Below are positions 33,800 through 44,176 of a DNA stretch of 64,000 nucleotides, piece by piece. Numbering within the stretch: the first letter of the stretch is position 1; every line of letters starts with the position of its first letter. Source of the stretch: a virus; IMG/VR virus record IMGVR_UViG_3300036987_000083, positions 1 through 64,000 of that record; one strand, written 5' to 3'. Both the position numbers and the translations under genes were made by a program. The notes under the pieces were generated by a model. That model did not search any database. It was not told the DNA's origin and worked only from the letters and a program-made list of their open reading frames with translations.

Positions 33800-33985
33800 T
33801 TAGGTGATGGACGCCTGCGCCTGCTCCAGGCACTGCTTCGCGAAGGCATCCCGCGCGGTGTAGTTGCGGATGGGGTTCTCCTTGTCGAAGGCCTTGAGCT
33901 GCTCCGAGACGGCCTGCATCACCTTGGTGTTCCGGTTCGAGCGAGTCTTGCTAGCCCGAACCTGCGCCTTCGTACGGTTTCCCAT
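33800..33985 (-). CDS. Small basic hypothetical protein
   Basis: AAGGAG RBS; TTGACA promoter at about 34041. Confidence 0.55.
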   Translation of the reverse strand: MGNRTKAQVRASKTRSNRNTKVMQAVSEQLKAFDKENPIRNYTARDAFAKQCLEQAQASIT

Positions 33986-34522
33986 GTGCTACTCCTTGGT
34001 TCTTCGAGTGGAGAACATCTATACTGCATGCAGACTGCCCTTGTCAAGGGCCAAGAGGCCAGCATATCTCCCAGCTTCCGTTAGCATTGCGCCTCCAGAC
34101 GGTATGGACTACCTCCGTGCCCAAATCGCGTACTTGCACGCTGTACTCCGGCGGGTTGAAGAGCTTCGACACTTTCTCCAGTCGGTCAGCGGCGGCCTGC
34201 GCCGCAAGTAGCCCCTCGTACACGCCCTCCACTTGGTAGATGACTTCCTTGGCGTCATCCAGGCCGGAGGACATCAGGATGTAGACTCTCACGGCATCAC
34301 CACAAAGGAGCTGGTGAGGGTACGCGGACTCTGCATCGGGGCGGTGTCGAGGACCATACGCGTCTTGTAGCACAAAAAGACCGTCGTTGTCAAGTACATC
34401 CTAGTGGAATGTGGGTAGGGAGTTTTCTGTACCCTGTCGCTGTCAGCGACCATGTGGTCGCGGGTGCCTGGGTAGGGCTACCGATGAGCTATAGGCCTGA
34501 GTAGCCCGAGCTACTTCCCGAG

Positions 34523-34594
34523 TGACCCCACCGGGATTCGAACCCGGATTCTCACCTTGAAAGGGTGGCGACCTAACCCTTAGTCGATGGGGCC
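34523..34594 (-). tRNA. tRNA-Glu (TTC)
   Basis: GGCCCCA/TGGGGTC acceptor, CT-TTC-AA loop, CCGGG-TTCGAAT-CCCGG T arm. Confidence 0.92.
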
Positions 34595-34687
34595 TTGCTG
34601 CTGTTTTTCTAGCATGAGGTGAGTAGAAGTACGAAGATTACGGGGGACCACGTCAACAGCGTTTCGATTACAACTTGTTTTGTCATA

Positions 34688-34759
34688 TAGACGCGGCTGG
34701 ATTCGAACCAGCGACCCGCTCCGTGTAAGGAAGCAGCTCTACCCCTGAGCTACGCGCCT
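34688..34759 (-). tRNA. tRNA-Val (TAC)
   Basis: AGGCGCG/CGCGTCT acceptor, GCTTC-CTTACAC-GGAGC anticodon arm, TTCGAAT T loop. Confidence 0.92.
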
Positions 34760-34760
34760 G

Positions 34761-34833
<73 letters not shown>

Positions 34834-34920
34834 AAACAACAGGGGCGTGGGATATTACCTTTCGGATTGACTTCCCCAGTTTAAGCCCCGGATCAAACCC
34901 TGGAGCACCCCCTTTTCCGC

Positions 34921-35100
34921 TTAGCCGATATCCTCCACAAGGACAGTCTTCCGTCCCGCCGCCTTGGCTTTCTCCGCCGCCGCAGCGTAAATCCGTTCCA
35001 CCACCCGGCTGAGTTCCTCGATGGCTTCCGCCCCGGTACGAAGACCCTGGGCCTTCCCAAGGGCTTTCACTTTGCTAGTTACTACTAGAATTTCGGACAT
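34921..35100 (-). CDS. Bacterial histone-fold protein (Bd0055/DUF1931-like), 59 aa
   Basis: MSEILVVTSKVK...RTGAEAIEELS.....AAEKAKAAGRKTVLVEDI closely follows Bdellovibrio Bd0055 (MAEVLVVTSKVK...GRKTVMARDI, from memory). Confidence 0.85.
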   Translation of the reverse strand: MSEILVVTSKVKALGKAQGLRTGAEAIEELSRVVERIYAAAAEKAKAAGRKTVLVEDIG

Positions 35101-35237
35101 GGGTTTTCCTTGTTGTACGGTTATGGACAAGAGCAGCCTACGTGATGAGCCCGCCAGTCGGGGCACCACGGTTTGTCGCCGCCATCCGGATGAGGGATAC
35201 CTTCTGCGGAGCGCTTAGTCAACCACAGTAGTTCTGA

Positions 35238-35432
35238 CTACTTGATTGGGTTCTCGTCTACATCCACGATGCGGAGACGGCGCTTACGCGCTACGCCTGC
35301 GGTAATGGCCTCCGAAGCGGTGTAGTCGCTGTGGCTGTGCTCCGTAAAGCACTCTTGGGTGCAGATGGCCTTCAGCCTTCCACCTTCGTACAGCCGCTCT
35401 CCGCACTCCTTCTTCTTGGTCGCGTCATCCAT
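35238..35432 (-). CDS. Small hypothetical protein
   Basis: ATG shortly after a TTGACA promoter at about 35463. Confidence 0.5.
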   Translation of the reverse strand: MDDATKKKECGERLYEGGRLKAICTQECFTEHSHSDYTASEAITAGVARKRRLRIVDVDENPIK

Positions 35433-35477
35433 GCTCTGTACATAGCACGATGTACCTGCCGGTGTCAAGCGGCGGGA

Positions 35478-36688
35478 CTAGGAAGAGTTCGAGCTGTGGT
35501 GGGTGCTCGTCGCCCTTGAACGCAGGATGGAGTGCATCCTCCTCCGCACCACCGACCCTGACCACGACGTCGACCACGCCCTCGACCTCGACCACGCCCT
35601 CGACCTCGACCTCGACCTCGACCTCGACCTCGACCGCAGCCACGCCCTCGACCACGCCCTCGACCATGACTTCGTCAGCCGCCTAACAATCATCAGGCTC
35701 ATACGGTCCTTTCTCTTGAATGGCGAGTGGAGCGCATCCAGCACGGCGTGCTCGACCTCGCCCTTGAGATCGAATGTGACCTCGATATCGACTGTGCGTT
35801 AGACCGTGACCGCGCCCGCGACGGCGACGACCACATTCCCGTCCACGCCAGTGACCACAGCCCAGTCCGCGAGCCAGACCGCGTCGACACCCGCGACCAC
35901 ACCTTCGTCCATGACCACGTCCGCGTCTTTGGCGGCCGTCTAACAACGATCAGGCTCATAAGGTCCTCGCTCTTGAACGTTGTGTGGAGCGCAACCCTCC
36001 CCGCGCCGAAACGTTTGAGCTCGACCATGCCCCCGACTTTGACTCTGATTTGGACCACAACCTGGACCCCGACCGCATCCACGACCCCAACCTGGACCTC
36101 AACTCCGACCCCGCCCTCGGCCTGGACCTCAACTCCGACCCCAACCACGACCTCGACGTCAACCACGACCATCCACCAGGGCGTCGCCGAACAATAATTA
36201 GGCTCATATGGCCCTTTCTCTTGAGCGGCGAGTGGAGTGCATTCGTATCCGCACCACCGACCCTGACCCTGACCTCGACCCCGACCTCGACCACGACCTT
36301 GACCTCGACCACGACCACAACCACGACCACAACCTGGACCCCGACCTCGACCTTGTATTCGACCTGGACCACGACCTCGTTTTCGACTTCGTCAGCCGCC
36401 TAACAACGAGTAGCTTCATACCGCCCTTCTTCTGAGGCGGCCGGGCCTACCCTCCTCTAAAATTGAACCCGTGCGCGACCATACCTGCGTCCGTAGCTTC
36501 GATAGAGCGTGGATGCGGTTTCTGGACCACGCCAGAGACTTAAACTCCTTACGTCTCGTACCCCGTACTAGTGATTTTAGCGCCAAACGCAACGGCGACT
36601 GTACTAAGGACTGTAACGTGTGACGCGGCCCTAATAGGCGCCGCGCCCGAGTCATTTCCAGTCGACGCACTACGAGTAGTGTCGTCAT
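35478..36688 (-). CDS. Five tandem coupled Arg/Ser/Trp low-complexity genes (36416-36688, 36204-36419, 35956-36207, 35699-35959, 35478-35702)
   Basis: Each begins M(T/K/S)xL(L/I/M)(V/I)VRR; all linked by ATGA overlaps. Confidence 0.7.
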
Positions 36689-37011
36689 TTCGTGGCGATT
36701 GTTCCGCCCTTGAGGATTCGTGAAATCCCGACGACGGGACGTTCCACCGCGAAGTCGCCGAGGTACTCGGCTTCCACGCAGTTCGCGGGGTCGGCGACGA
36801 AGCTGTGCAGACGGCCTGCGTCAGCGATCCAGCTAGCGTCCTCCAGAAGGTAGTAGCTCGGAGTGATTGCTGCGATTCGCCCGTAGTAAATGGGGTCCGC
36901 GCAGATGATGGCGACCCAGGCCCCAGGCTTAAGCCAGGAACCTGCCTCCTGAAGGGCGTCATCGCTCACTGCCACCTGCTCGGCCCGAATTTCCTGCTTA
37001 GACTTCGACAT
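36685..37011 (-). CDS. Conserved phage hypothetical protein heading the RS-repeat array
   Basis: YYGRI......LLEDASWIAD.GR...EAE motif; ATGA-coupled to the RS genes. Confidence 0.7.
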   Translation of the reverse strand: MSKSKQEIRAEQVAVSDDALQEAGSWLKPGAWVAIICADPIYYGRIAAITPSYYLLEDASWIADAGRLHSFVADPANCVEAEYLGDFAVERPVVGISRILKGGTIATK

Positions 37012-38459
37012 GGTTTTCTCCTGAGGTGAGCGCGGTACGGATTACGCAGAACCCGGCGTGACCGAGTACCCTGAACTCGGGGTCCCCGGCGCAGTTGCAG
37101 GTAAGATTGACTGCCATTTCCAGCGCCGTCTCCAACTCCCGTACCCGCGCGACGAGTCTGGTGTTGTCGGCCACAAGTTTGTCTAGTTTTTCCATTAGTT
37201 ATGCATCCCCCGCTCCGTCCGGTGACGCAACTCGCCCAATACGGTGTTTGTCGCCCCAACGCTAAGGCTGGAGACGAACAACAATGGGGAATCGGTGCCG
37301 ATGGCGACACAGAGCAACACGCCAGTGATGACGCTAACTGCCGCGTGTGCTTGTGCCATCCGGAGGCTCACCTCGTACGCGGCGAGCAGTCTCGTTCCCA
37401 TTTGTAGAAGTTCAGCGTGGTCGTCGGATTTCATTGGTTTTCCTTGATGCGCGCAAGCTCTTCGCTCCAGAAGGCGTCGCGTTGCTTATCCTGGAACTCG
37501 ACTACAATCATCGGGTCTTTGGGAGTGGCGCCGCATTCGGTGGTGTCGAAGCTGACGATACGCCCTGTCTGATGGAGAAAGGAGCGGAACCGCTTATCCG
37601 CTTCGCGGTCCCCTCCGTAAATGTACCCATCTACCAAGCTAACCACCTTCACCAGGTCTCCGAGTTTCATCGCGCCCTCAACGCTTTCCCGGGTGTTCCG
37701 TCTTGTTAGCGTCCGCGTCTTCCGCCTTCCAGGCGCGCTGTTCCAGACTGCGAATTTCTTCCATGAGATCCTCCAAGTCGAGCCGCAGAGCAGTGGGGAG
37801 GAGGAGCTTTTCCTCTAGGGCCGCACTCAGAGAATGTGATGCCACGGAGAGGCTTTCGAGGAGACGACCCCACCTGCGGCCGTACCTCCTGTTGAATAGC
37901 TGCCTGATAGGTGGACCTTTTTTCTTACGCTTTGTATTCACAATTCCTCCTTCGCCGCGAGGGCGGCTCGGGCTAGCTCGGCGGCTTCTGGTCCAGAGAA
38001 ATAAACGCCCATGACCCCATCGTCATAGCCGTTTGCAATTTGGCTTAGTGCCCACTCCAGCTTCGCGATGCGTGCCGCGAGGCGGACCTCGCGCTGTGCC
38101 CGCGCCTCGCGCTGCTTCTCGGCGGTGTCGCGGAGCGCCGCCCGTGCCGTGTCAAGGAGCCGCTGGATTGCGGCTTCCTCCGCCGCGTCGCTGATGAGCT
38201 GGCTGACTTCCGCCCGCGCCTCGTCGCGCTCAAGCAGGTGCTGCTGATTTATTACAGCGACCTGCTCGTAGCACTCCTTCCACGTCATGACGGAAAGCTC
38301 GTTCGGGTCACGGAGAGCGGTTTTTTTCCACGCGTCGCACTCCTTCTTTAGCCGCGCTACTTCCGCTCGAAGCTGCACTAGTTCAACAGCGTCTTTCTCC
38401 CGTTGCTCGATTCCCAGTTGATCCAAGTCGAAACGGATTGCCTTCTCTTGATTGCTCAT
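36998..38459 (-). CDS. Hypothetical genes (36998-37195, 37195-37434, 37431-37670, 37678-37941, 37938-38459)
   Basis: Coupled ORFs; 37938-38459 ends RAALAAKEEL. Confidence 0.6.
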
Positions 38460-40069
38460 GCCGGGGTTCCCCTAAACGCCGCGTCGCGTGACACGACTTC
38501 TCCTGTTAGCTTCACGACTACCTTTACGGGAGGCTCATCTGAGGTTACTCCGTACACGTAAGGGTTGTGGTGGCTCTGAACGTAGTAACGCTTCGTTGTA
38601 CGCCACGCCTCTCGGGCGTCTCCAACCAAGAGGGTGTCTTGATGCCCGTCCCAGTACGTGACGACGTATTTACGCTTCATGTCGTCACCGCTCTTCCTTC
38701 GAGCGCCGCGTCCCGAAGGACAGCGCAACGCGGGCATGTGGGGATGGTGTTGCGGAGATAGTCGGCGGGAATGAGCGTGATGTCACGGCCAGTGGAGTCA
38801 GAGCACCGTGCCCCGTCGCACGCTCTGACCCAATCAGGGGTGTCTCGCTCCTGCATGAGGCCCGAACGCAGGTGTGTCCACCCCCACACCGTCGCGTGTG
38901 TCAGCGGGGCGCTCATGGCGTCACCTCTTTTCCTTCAAGCGCCGCGTCACGCATCACAGCACATTTAGGGCATGTGGGGATTTTTTTGCGGATTTGCTCG
39001 GAGGCGATGGTGTAGCTCCAGTCAGGCTTGTTATCGCACGCCCGGCGCCACCCTTCGTCGATATTGGGTTCGTCCCCCCTCAAAACGCGTAGCCCATTCA
39101 CCGTCGCGTGCGTCAGTGGTTTTGCGTTCCGCGCCACGACGACACAACTATCCCATACGTCGGAGTGCGTTAGCGGGGCGGTCACGGACGCCTCACGACA
39201 TACCGGTAGCGACGGGGTACCGCCGATCGTTGGCCGTCACAGACTGCAATCGCACGTAGCGCGAACGCGCGTACCTTGCCTGGCGTCGCCAGGTCATGCG
39301 TCTGCTCATTTAGCATGGCGCGCACAACAGCGATGCGCTCCTCTAGGAACAGTACCTCCATTCGCTTCTTAGCAGTCATGATTGGTCCGAATAGAGGATC
39401 CGCCTAATACTGCGGATGTTCCCGAGGTATCCCAGGCGCATCACCTCGCCGTGCTCATCGTGGCCAAGCGCCCCCTCGTCAGCAAGGCTTGACGAGAGAC
39501 TCTCCAACGCCACGCGCACCGTCATTGACTCGGCGGCAGTCAGGTCGAAGCCGTTAACTACTACCCGTGCTTCTTCGTGCTTCTTGCTCATGGCGTCCTT
39601 AATTACGAGGTCGGCGGCACTCACGGCGCTGCCTTGAGGAGGCATCGAATTCTTACGAGAGCGTCGAGGTAGGTTAGGCGCCGCATCTCGTCGTCGTTGC
39701 TGCTGCCGAGCGCGCCCGCGTTCACGAGTTTCCCTGTAAATGCCTCCAAAGCTACGCGTAGCGCTTCTGATTCGTTAGGCGACAGCCCCATACCGTTGAT
39801 GATTACCAGCGCCTCTTTGGCTGCCGTTGTGGCACTCACGGCTGCGCCCAATCCGGAATCATCCATTCTGCGCAGTTAAGATCCGTAATGCGTGCTGCGG
39901 CATTTGCGACATGGCCGCGCTCGATTTGCCGCGCGATAACGATACTTGCCGCCTTCAGCCGCGCCTTGAGATCCTCATTCTCCACTTGGAGGTGCTTACG
40001 CTTCTTTTCCCACTCGCGGAGCGCCTTTTCCCCCTCCGCCTGGTCTTCATGCCACTGGCTATTGCTCAT
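38456..40069 (-). CDS. Small genes, including two PLTHAT/PTCPxC paralogs (38677-38916, 38913-39185)
   Basis: GTGA/ATGA-coupled chain; shared motifs. Confidence 0.6.
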
Positions 40070-40257
40070 TAGACCCCTCGGTTTCTCACGATTCCCTCGC
40101 GTGCCTATACCACGGCGGTGATGCTATTGTCAAGGGCGTCTTAGTGGAGAAATACAGTGGAGTTTTCCAAGACCCCTCCCGGCGCGACCATGTGGTCGCT
40201 TACCGAGGCGGCAGGCCGGTCGTATAGTAACTTGGTTCTGTGGTGCTTTGTGGTGGG

Positions 40258-41022
40258 TTACCCACCGTAGCGACGACGCTCGTTGTACAGCTCCAGCTCG
40301 TGGTAGTCCTGGTCGCTCAGCGCCTCGCCGTCGGTGCGACGGGGCGAGCGGTCCGAGTAGCTATTGGGACCGTTGTAACGTCGAATCCGGCTGTGGTGCG
40401 CGTCGGCGCACTGTTGGGCCGCACTAATGCTTCGGTGCGCGTGACTACACGAACCGCATACGTCCCCTCGCGCCTCATAGGTCACCATGGTGTCTCCTTG
40501 TTGAGGCATTTACTGCCTAGCCCTCGCCGCCCGCATCCAGAAAGCGGATGCCTTCATCTGAAGGCAGCTCCATTCCGTAGTGCTCTTCGCAGCGGTACAT
40601 CTTGTAACTGCCGGGCACGGCCTCCCCAGCCAGCGCAGCATCTCGCCGCTCGACAGGCAGTACCAAGTCGGAGTGCTGCTCCGCCGTAATACTGGCCTCC
40701 CGGGGGCCTTCGGCCCGCACGAGATGGATTTGGAAAAAGCACTTATTGCTGGTGTAGACCTTGTAGACCTTCATGGCTTCTCCTGGGGGTTGCGGTGCTT
40801 CGCCATTGGCGCCGTCTCGTCCAGCCAGTCGGCCAGCGCTTCGACCAGCTTGGCCACCTCACTACGAGTCATGTGCGCGTAGCCCTTGAGCGGAGTGCGC
40901 GGCGTGAATTGCAGGCACATACTCCGCGCCTCACCCCCAAAGAAAGAGGTGACGTACAAGTCCCCCGCCAACTCAGGGGACTCTGGAATCCGCTCGTCGC
41001 TGGGGAAAATCTCTCTGGACAT
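40258..41022 (-). CDS. Hypothetical genes (40258-about 40488, 40517-40774, 40771-41022)
   Basis: RBS or leaderless starts. Confidence 0.6.
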
Positions 41023-41324
41023 GGATCCTTTATACGCCAACCAACTGCTGTTGTCAAGCGCCTGGAAGTGGAACCGGGCTTGGGAGTTTTCTGTACCAGC
41101 CCTGGGGCGACCATGTGGACGCTGGCGGGAGTTAGTACGGTGGGCCTCTTGGGGCGTGCTTCCATTGGCCGGTCAGTCTGTCTAACCAAAACCAGCCCTT
41201 GATGGTGCGCACCCACCAGTCATCGTGGCGCGTGATGTAGCGACAGTCGATAATCTCCCCCTCTACTTGAGGGAGGTTATTTTCCTTCAGAAGCACCTTG
41301 TATCGGTCAGAGGTCCACATGGCT

Positions 41325-41909
41325 TCAGTTGAAGCGGTGCTCCCACGCGGCAGTCAGCGCGTCATGGTACTCCGCCGAGACGTGCCCCTTCATAGCCGCG
41401 AGAGTAGAGGGGTCGGAGCCGAGGAAGCCCCAGCACGAGTCGCCGTCCGCCGTGCCGCCTTCGAGGACGTAGCCCCAGATGTTGCCCTGAAGGTACTCGT
41501 CGTAGCTCTCGACTTCCCCCTTGAGGCACTCCTCCGCCTGCTTGCGAACCTTCGCCGTGATGCGCTTCACCCCGAAGTTCTCGCGGATCTTCTCGGGCGT
41601 GGCCACGATGTAGCCCACGTACCCGGAATCCCAGCGGTCCGTCGGGGGACCCACGCGCATAGTGATGCCGCTGTGGTCGTACAGGGAGAGCGCAAGCACG
41701 ATGGAGCCCTCGGGCGCATTCTCCTTGAGCCATTCGGTCGGGTCCACCTTGGGCTGGATGTCCCCGAGGATATAACGGCGGTGCCAGCACGCCATCACCC
41801 CGAGGTCGCTCCACTCCCGAGGAGACTGGCCCTCTTCGTCCTGAATGATTTTGGCGGACGGCAGGGGGATGGCGACGGCTCCACCAACGTCTTCGTTGTA
41901 GTCGGGCAT
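41325..41909 (-). CDS. Conserved phage/plasmid hypothetical protein
   Basis: WH.RY.LGD, LSLYDHSGIT, WDSG.VG, E...YD.YL.G..WG, DSCWGF motifs. Confidence 0.75.
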   Translation of the reverse strand: MPDYNEDVGGAVAIPLPSAKIIQDEEGQSPREWSDLGVMACWHRRYILGDIQPKVDPTEWLKENAPEGSIVLALSLYDHSGITMRVGPPTDRWDSGYVGYIVATPEKIRENFGVKRITAKVRKQAEECLKGEVESYDEYLQGNIWGYVLEGGTADGDSCWGFLGSDPSTLAAMKGHVSAEYHDALTAAWEHRFN

Positions 41910-42537
41910 GGGTCCCTTATACCTCAGAAAGACTGCTATTGTCAAGCTCTTGCTACTGGACCGCTTGCCGTACAGTCTCCAGCCACCCCGAGGGTTGATC
42001 CACGTCGGCGAGGAACTGCTGGGGGTTGCTGATGGGTCGAACGATGGCCTGAATCAGGTGTGGGGCGTCGCCGTGGGAGTCCGCCGCGAGGTCCCTGCGA
42101 CTGTAGTAGCCGTACCAGTCCCCGTCTGGGCCTCGCGTCAGGTACTGCGTGGGGCTCACCTGCCGGGCCAGCGCCTTTGCAGCGCGGAGACTGTTGGCGG
42201 TGTCCGGGTTGCGACCGTTGCTGTAGGTAATCAGATAGAGGGGCATGGTCGGTCAATACCACAGCAGCCCTGCCGTTGTCAAGCGCCCAGAAGGAGTCCG
42301 GGGCCGTTGGTCGTGTAAACTTTTATTGACCTGGGCTTAATTTCTTGGCATTCCCCCTGGAATGAAATGCCGACATGGGCGGATGGGGCCTTGCCCTTTG
42401 TGCAAGGGTGAGGCGCAAGACAGGAAGCTTTTGCGGGACCTTAGCCGTCGTGTGGCACAGCTTGAAGCTACCGTGGCTACACTCACCACGTCTGGCTCCA
42501 AGACTTGTACCCGCCTTAATGGCTGCAAGGCAGGCGG

Positions 42538-43050
42538 GTGCGGCAAATGATGCCTAAAGCAAAGCCGTCGGCGATGATTGAGCTATGGAGCATTAACCGC
42601 TGGTTGCGGTGGACGGGCATTCGTCTAGCCGTCGAGGTAGACATCCTGGGTGCAGGCCTACCGACTCGGGGGCCCACTCGTATTGGCCTGGTCTGGTGGG
42701 GGTGGAAGGACTTGCTCTCCTCGGCGAAGCCCTCCGCCGGGCAGCTTCTTCCGCTGATGTCTGGTTCCGATGAGGACACTCCCGACCCCCTGGACCACTT
42801 CAAGCTGAACCTGGCGCCCCTCCAGGCGGCCCTTCCACCTGCGGAAGGGCAGGTGAAGTCCCGTCTCAAGCGTCTCCTGGGCTCCCAGGAGCCTCGCGCA
42901 GCGTCTCCAGCCCCGCTGAGGAGCTATGACAGCCCCACTCCACTCCGGCCTGCCACGTCCTCGTGCCTTCACCTCGTCAAGGGGGAGTTCCGGACCTGGT
43001 GCCAAGGCTGCCTCCACTGCGCCTCTGTCCCCGACAAGGACTCCTGGTGA
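42538..43050 (+). CDS. Hypothetical protein (170 aa)
   Basis: GTGA-coupled to the methyltransferase. Confidence 0.5.
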   Translation: MRQMMPKAKPSAMIELWSINRWLRWTGIRLAVEVDILGAGLPTRGPTRIGLVWWGWKDLLSSAKPSAGQLLPLMSGSDEDTPDPLDHFKLNLAPLQAALPPAEGQVKSRLKRLLGSQEPRAASPAPLRSYDSPTPLRPATSSCLHLVKGEFRTWCQGCLHCASVPDKDSW

Positions 43051-43685
43051 GAGTCCTCATCGGCTGTGAGTCCAGTGGTACTGTGCGTGACGCCTTCCTT
43101 GCGGAAGGCCACGACGCCATGTCGTGCGACTTGCTGCCTACGGAGGTGCCAGGACCCCACTTCGAGGGGGATGTCTTCGAGGCCATCGGCCTTCGTAGTT
43201 GGGATCTCGCGATTTTTCACCCACCCTGCACGTACTTGAGTGTCAGCGGGATGCACTGGAACGGGAATCCGAAGCACAAACGGGGGCAGGATCTCATCGA
43301 CGGCGTGAGCTGGGGGCACCGGCAGACCAACGACTCCGTAGAGTTCGTACGACGGCTGCTGTTCTGCGGCATTCCCCGCATCGCGGTTGAGAACCCGGTC
43401 GGGGTGCTGTCCACGAGGCTTCGTAAGCCGGACCAGGTGATACAGCCCTATGAGTACGGGGACCCCGAGAGCAAGAAGACCTGCCTGTGGCTGGTAGGCC
43501 TGAAGCCCCTTACTCCAACTAACGTACTCCCCCTCCCCGAGGGTGGGCGCTGGGCGAACCAAACTGCCAGCGGTCAGAATAAGCTCGGTCCCTCTGCAGA
43601 CCGGTGGAAGATTCGTAGCAAGACGTACCCAGGAATCGCGCGGGCCATGGCCGCCCAATTTGGTTCGAGCGCGTATACACTTTGA
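43047..43685 (+). CDS. Short phage-type DNA cytosine-C5 methyltransferase
   Basis: RVLIGCE.SG (I), SCDL (II), GDV (III), HPPC (IV, catalytic Cys), ENP (VI), KKTCLW, RSKT. Confidence 0.8.
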   Translation: MRVLIGCESSGTVRDAFLAEGHDAMSCDLLPTEVPGPHFEGDVFEAIGLRSWDLAIFHPPCTYLSVSGMHWNGNPKHKRGQDLIDGVSWGHRQTNDSVEFVRRLLFCGIPRIAVENPVGVLSTRLRKPDQVIQPYEYGDPESKKTCLWLVGLKPLTPTNVLPLPEGGRWANQTASGQNKLGPSADRWKIRSKTYPGIARAMAAQFGSSAYTL

Positions 43686-43837
43686 TTATACATAAAAAAC
43701 TTTATGTTCGAGCCCAGCCCTCTTCCACTCGTTAGCGTCATCCAGGCCGAAGGGCGGCCGGATGCGGCCGTCTCGACTCCGGCACTGCTGCGTGCTGCTC
43801 GCCGAGCCAAGATATGAAGCTCCGGCAAGCCACGCGC

Positions 43838-43909
43838 AGGCCTGTAGCTCAGTGGTAGAGCGCGCTCCTTATAAGAGCGGGGTCACGGGTTCGAGTCCCG
43901 TCGGGCCTA
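43838..43909 (+). tRNA. tRNA-Ile (TAT)
   Basis: AGGCCTG/CGGGCCT acceptor; CGCTC-CT-TAT-AA-GAGCG anticodon arm (anticodon 43870-43872); ACGGG-TTCGAGT-CCCGT T arm. Confidence 0.9.
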
Positions 43910-44176
43910 CTCCAGACTAGAATCCCCCAAGAACAAGAGCCCTGGGGTGACCTCGGCTGACAGTACCGTGGAAGGATCTTCCAAGGGATGACCCCAGGAG
44001 ACTTACCCTGGTCGGGACTCAGTGGAAGAACCCGTCCGGCTCCGGCGGAAGAGGCTAACAGCGTCCACATGGTCGCCGATGGGATGTGGGTTCCTGGTGA
44101 TGACACCAGGAACCCTGGTCAGGCTCGTCCTTGGCGCCTCCTTGACAATGAGATGGCTACCTGCTAGTGGTGTGCC

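Noticed and set aside
34838-34915. tmRNA or a fifth tRNA
   Set aside because: The 5' GGGGGTG resembles tmRNA, but there is no T-loop, tag frame or 3' acceptor, and it is far too short.
35425-36435. Thr-rich, Asp/His-rich and Val/Glu-rich ORFs over the RS array
   Set aside because: Alternative frames of the same hexamer repeats; only the RS frame has conserved starts, RBS and ATGA coupling.
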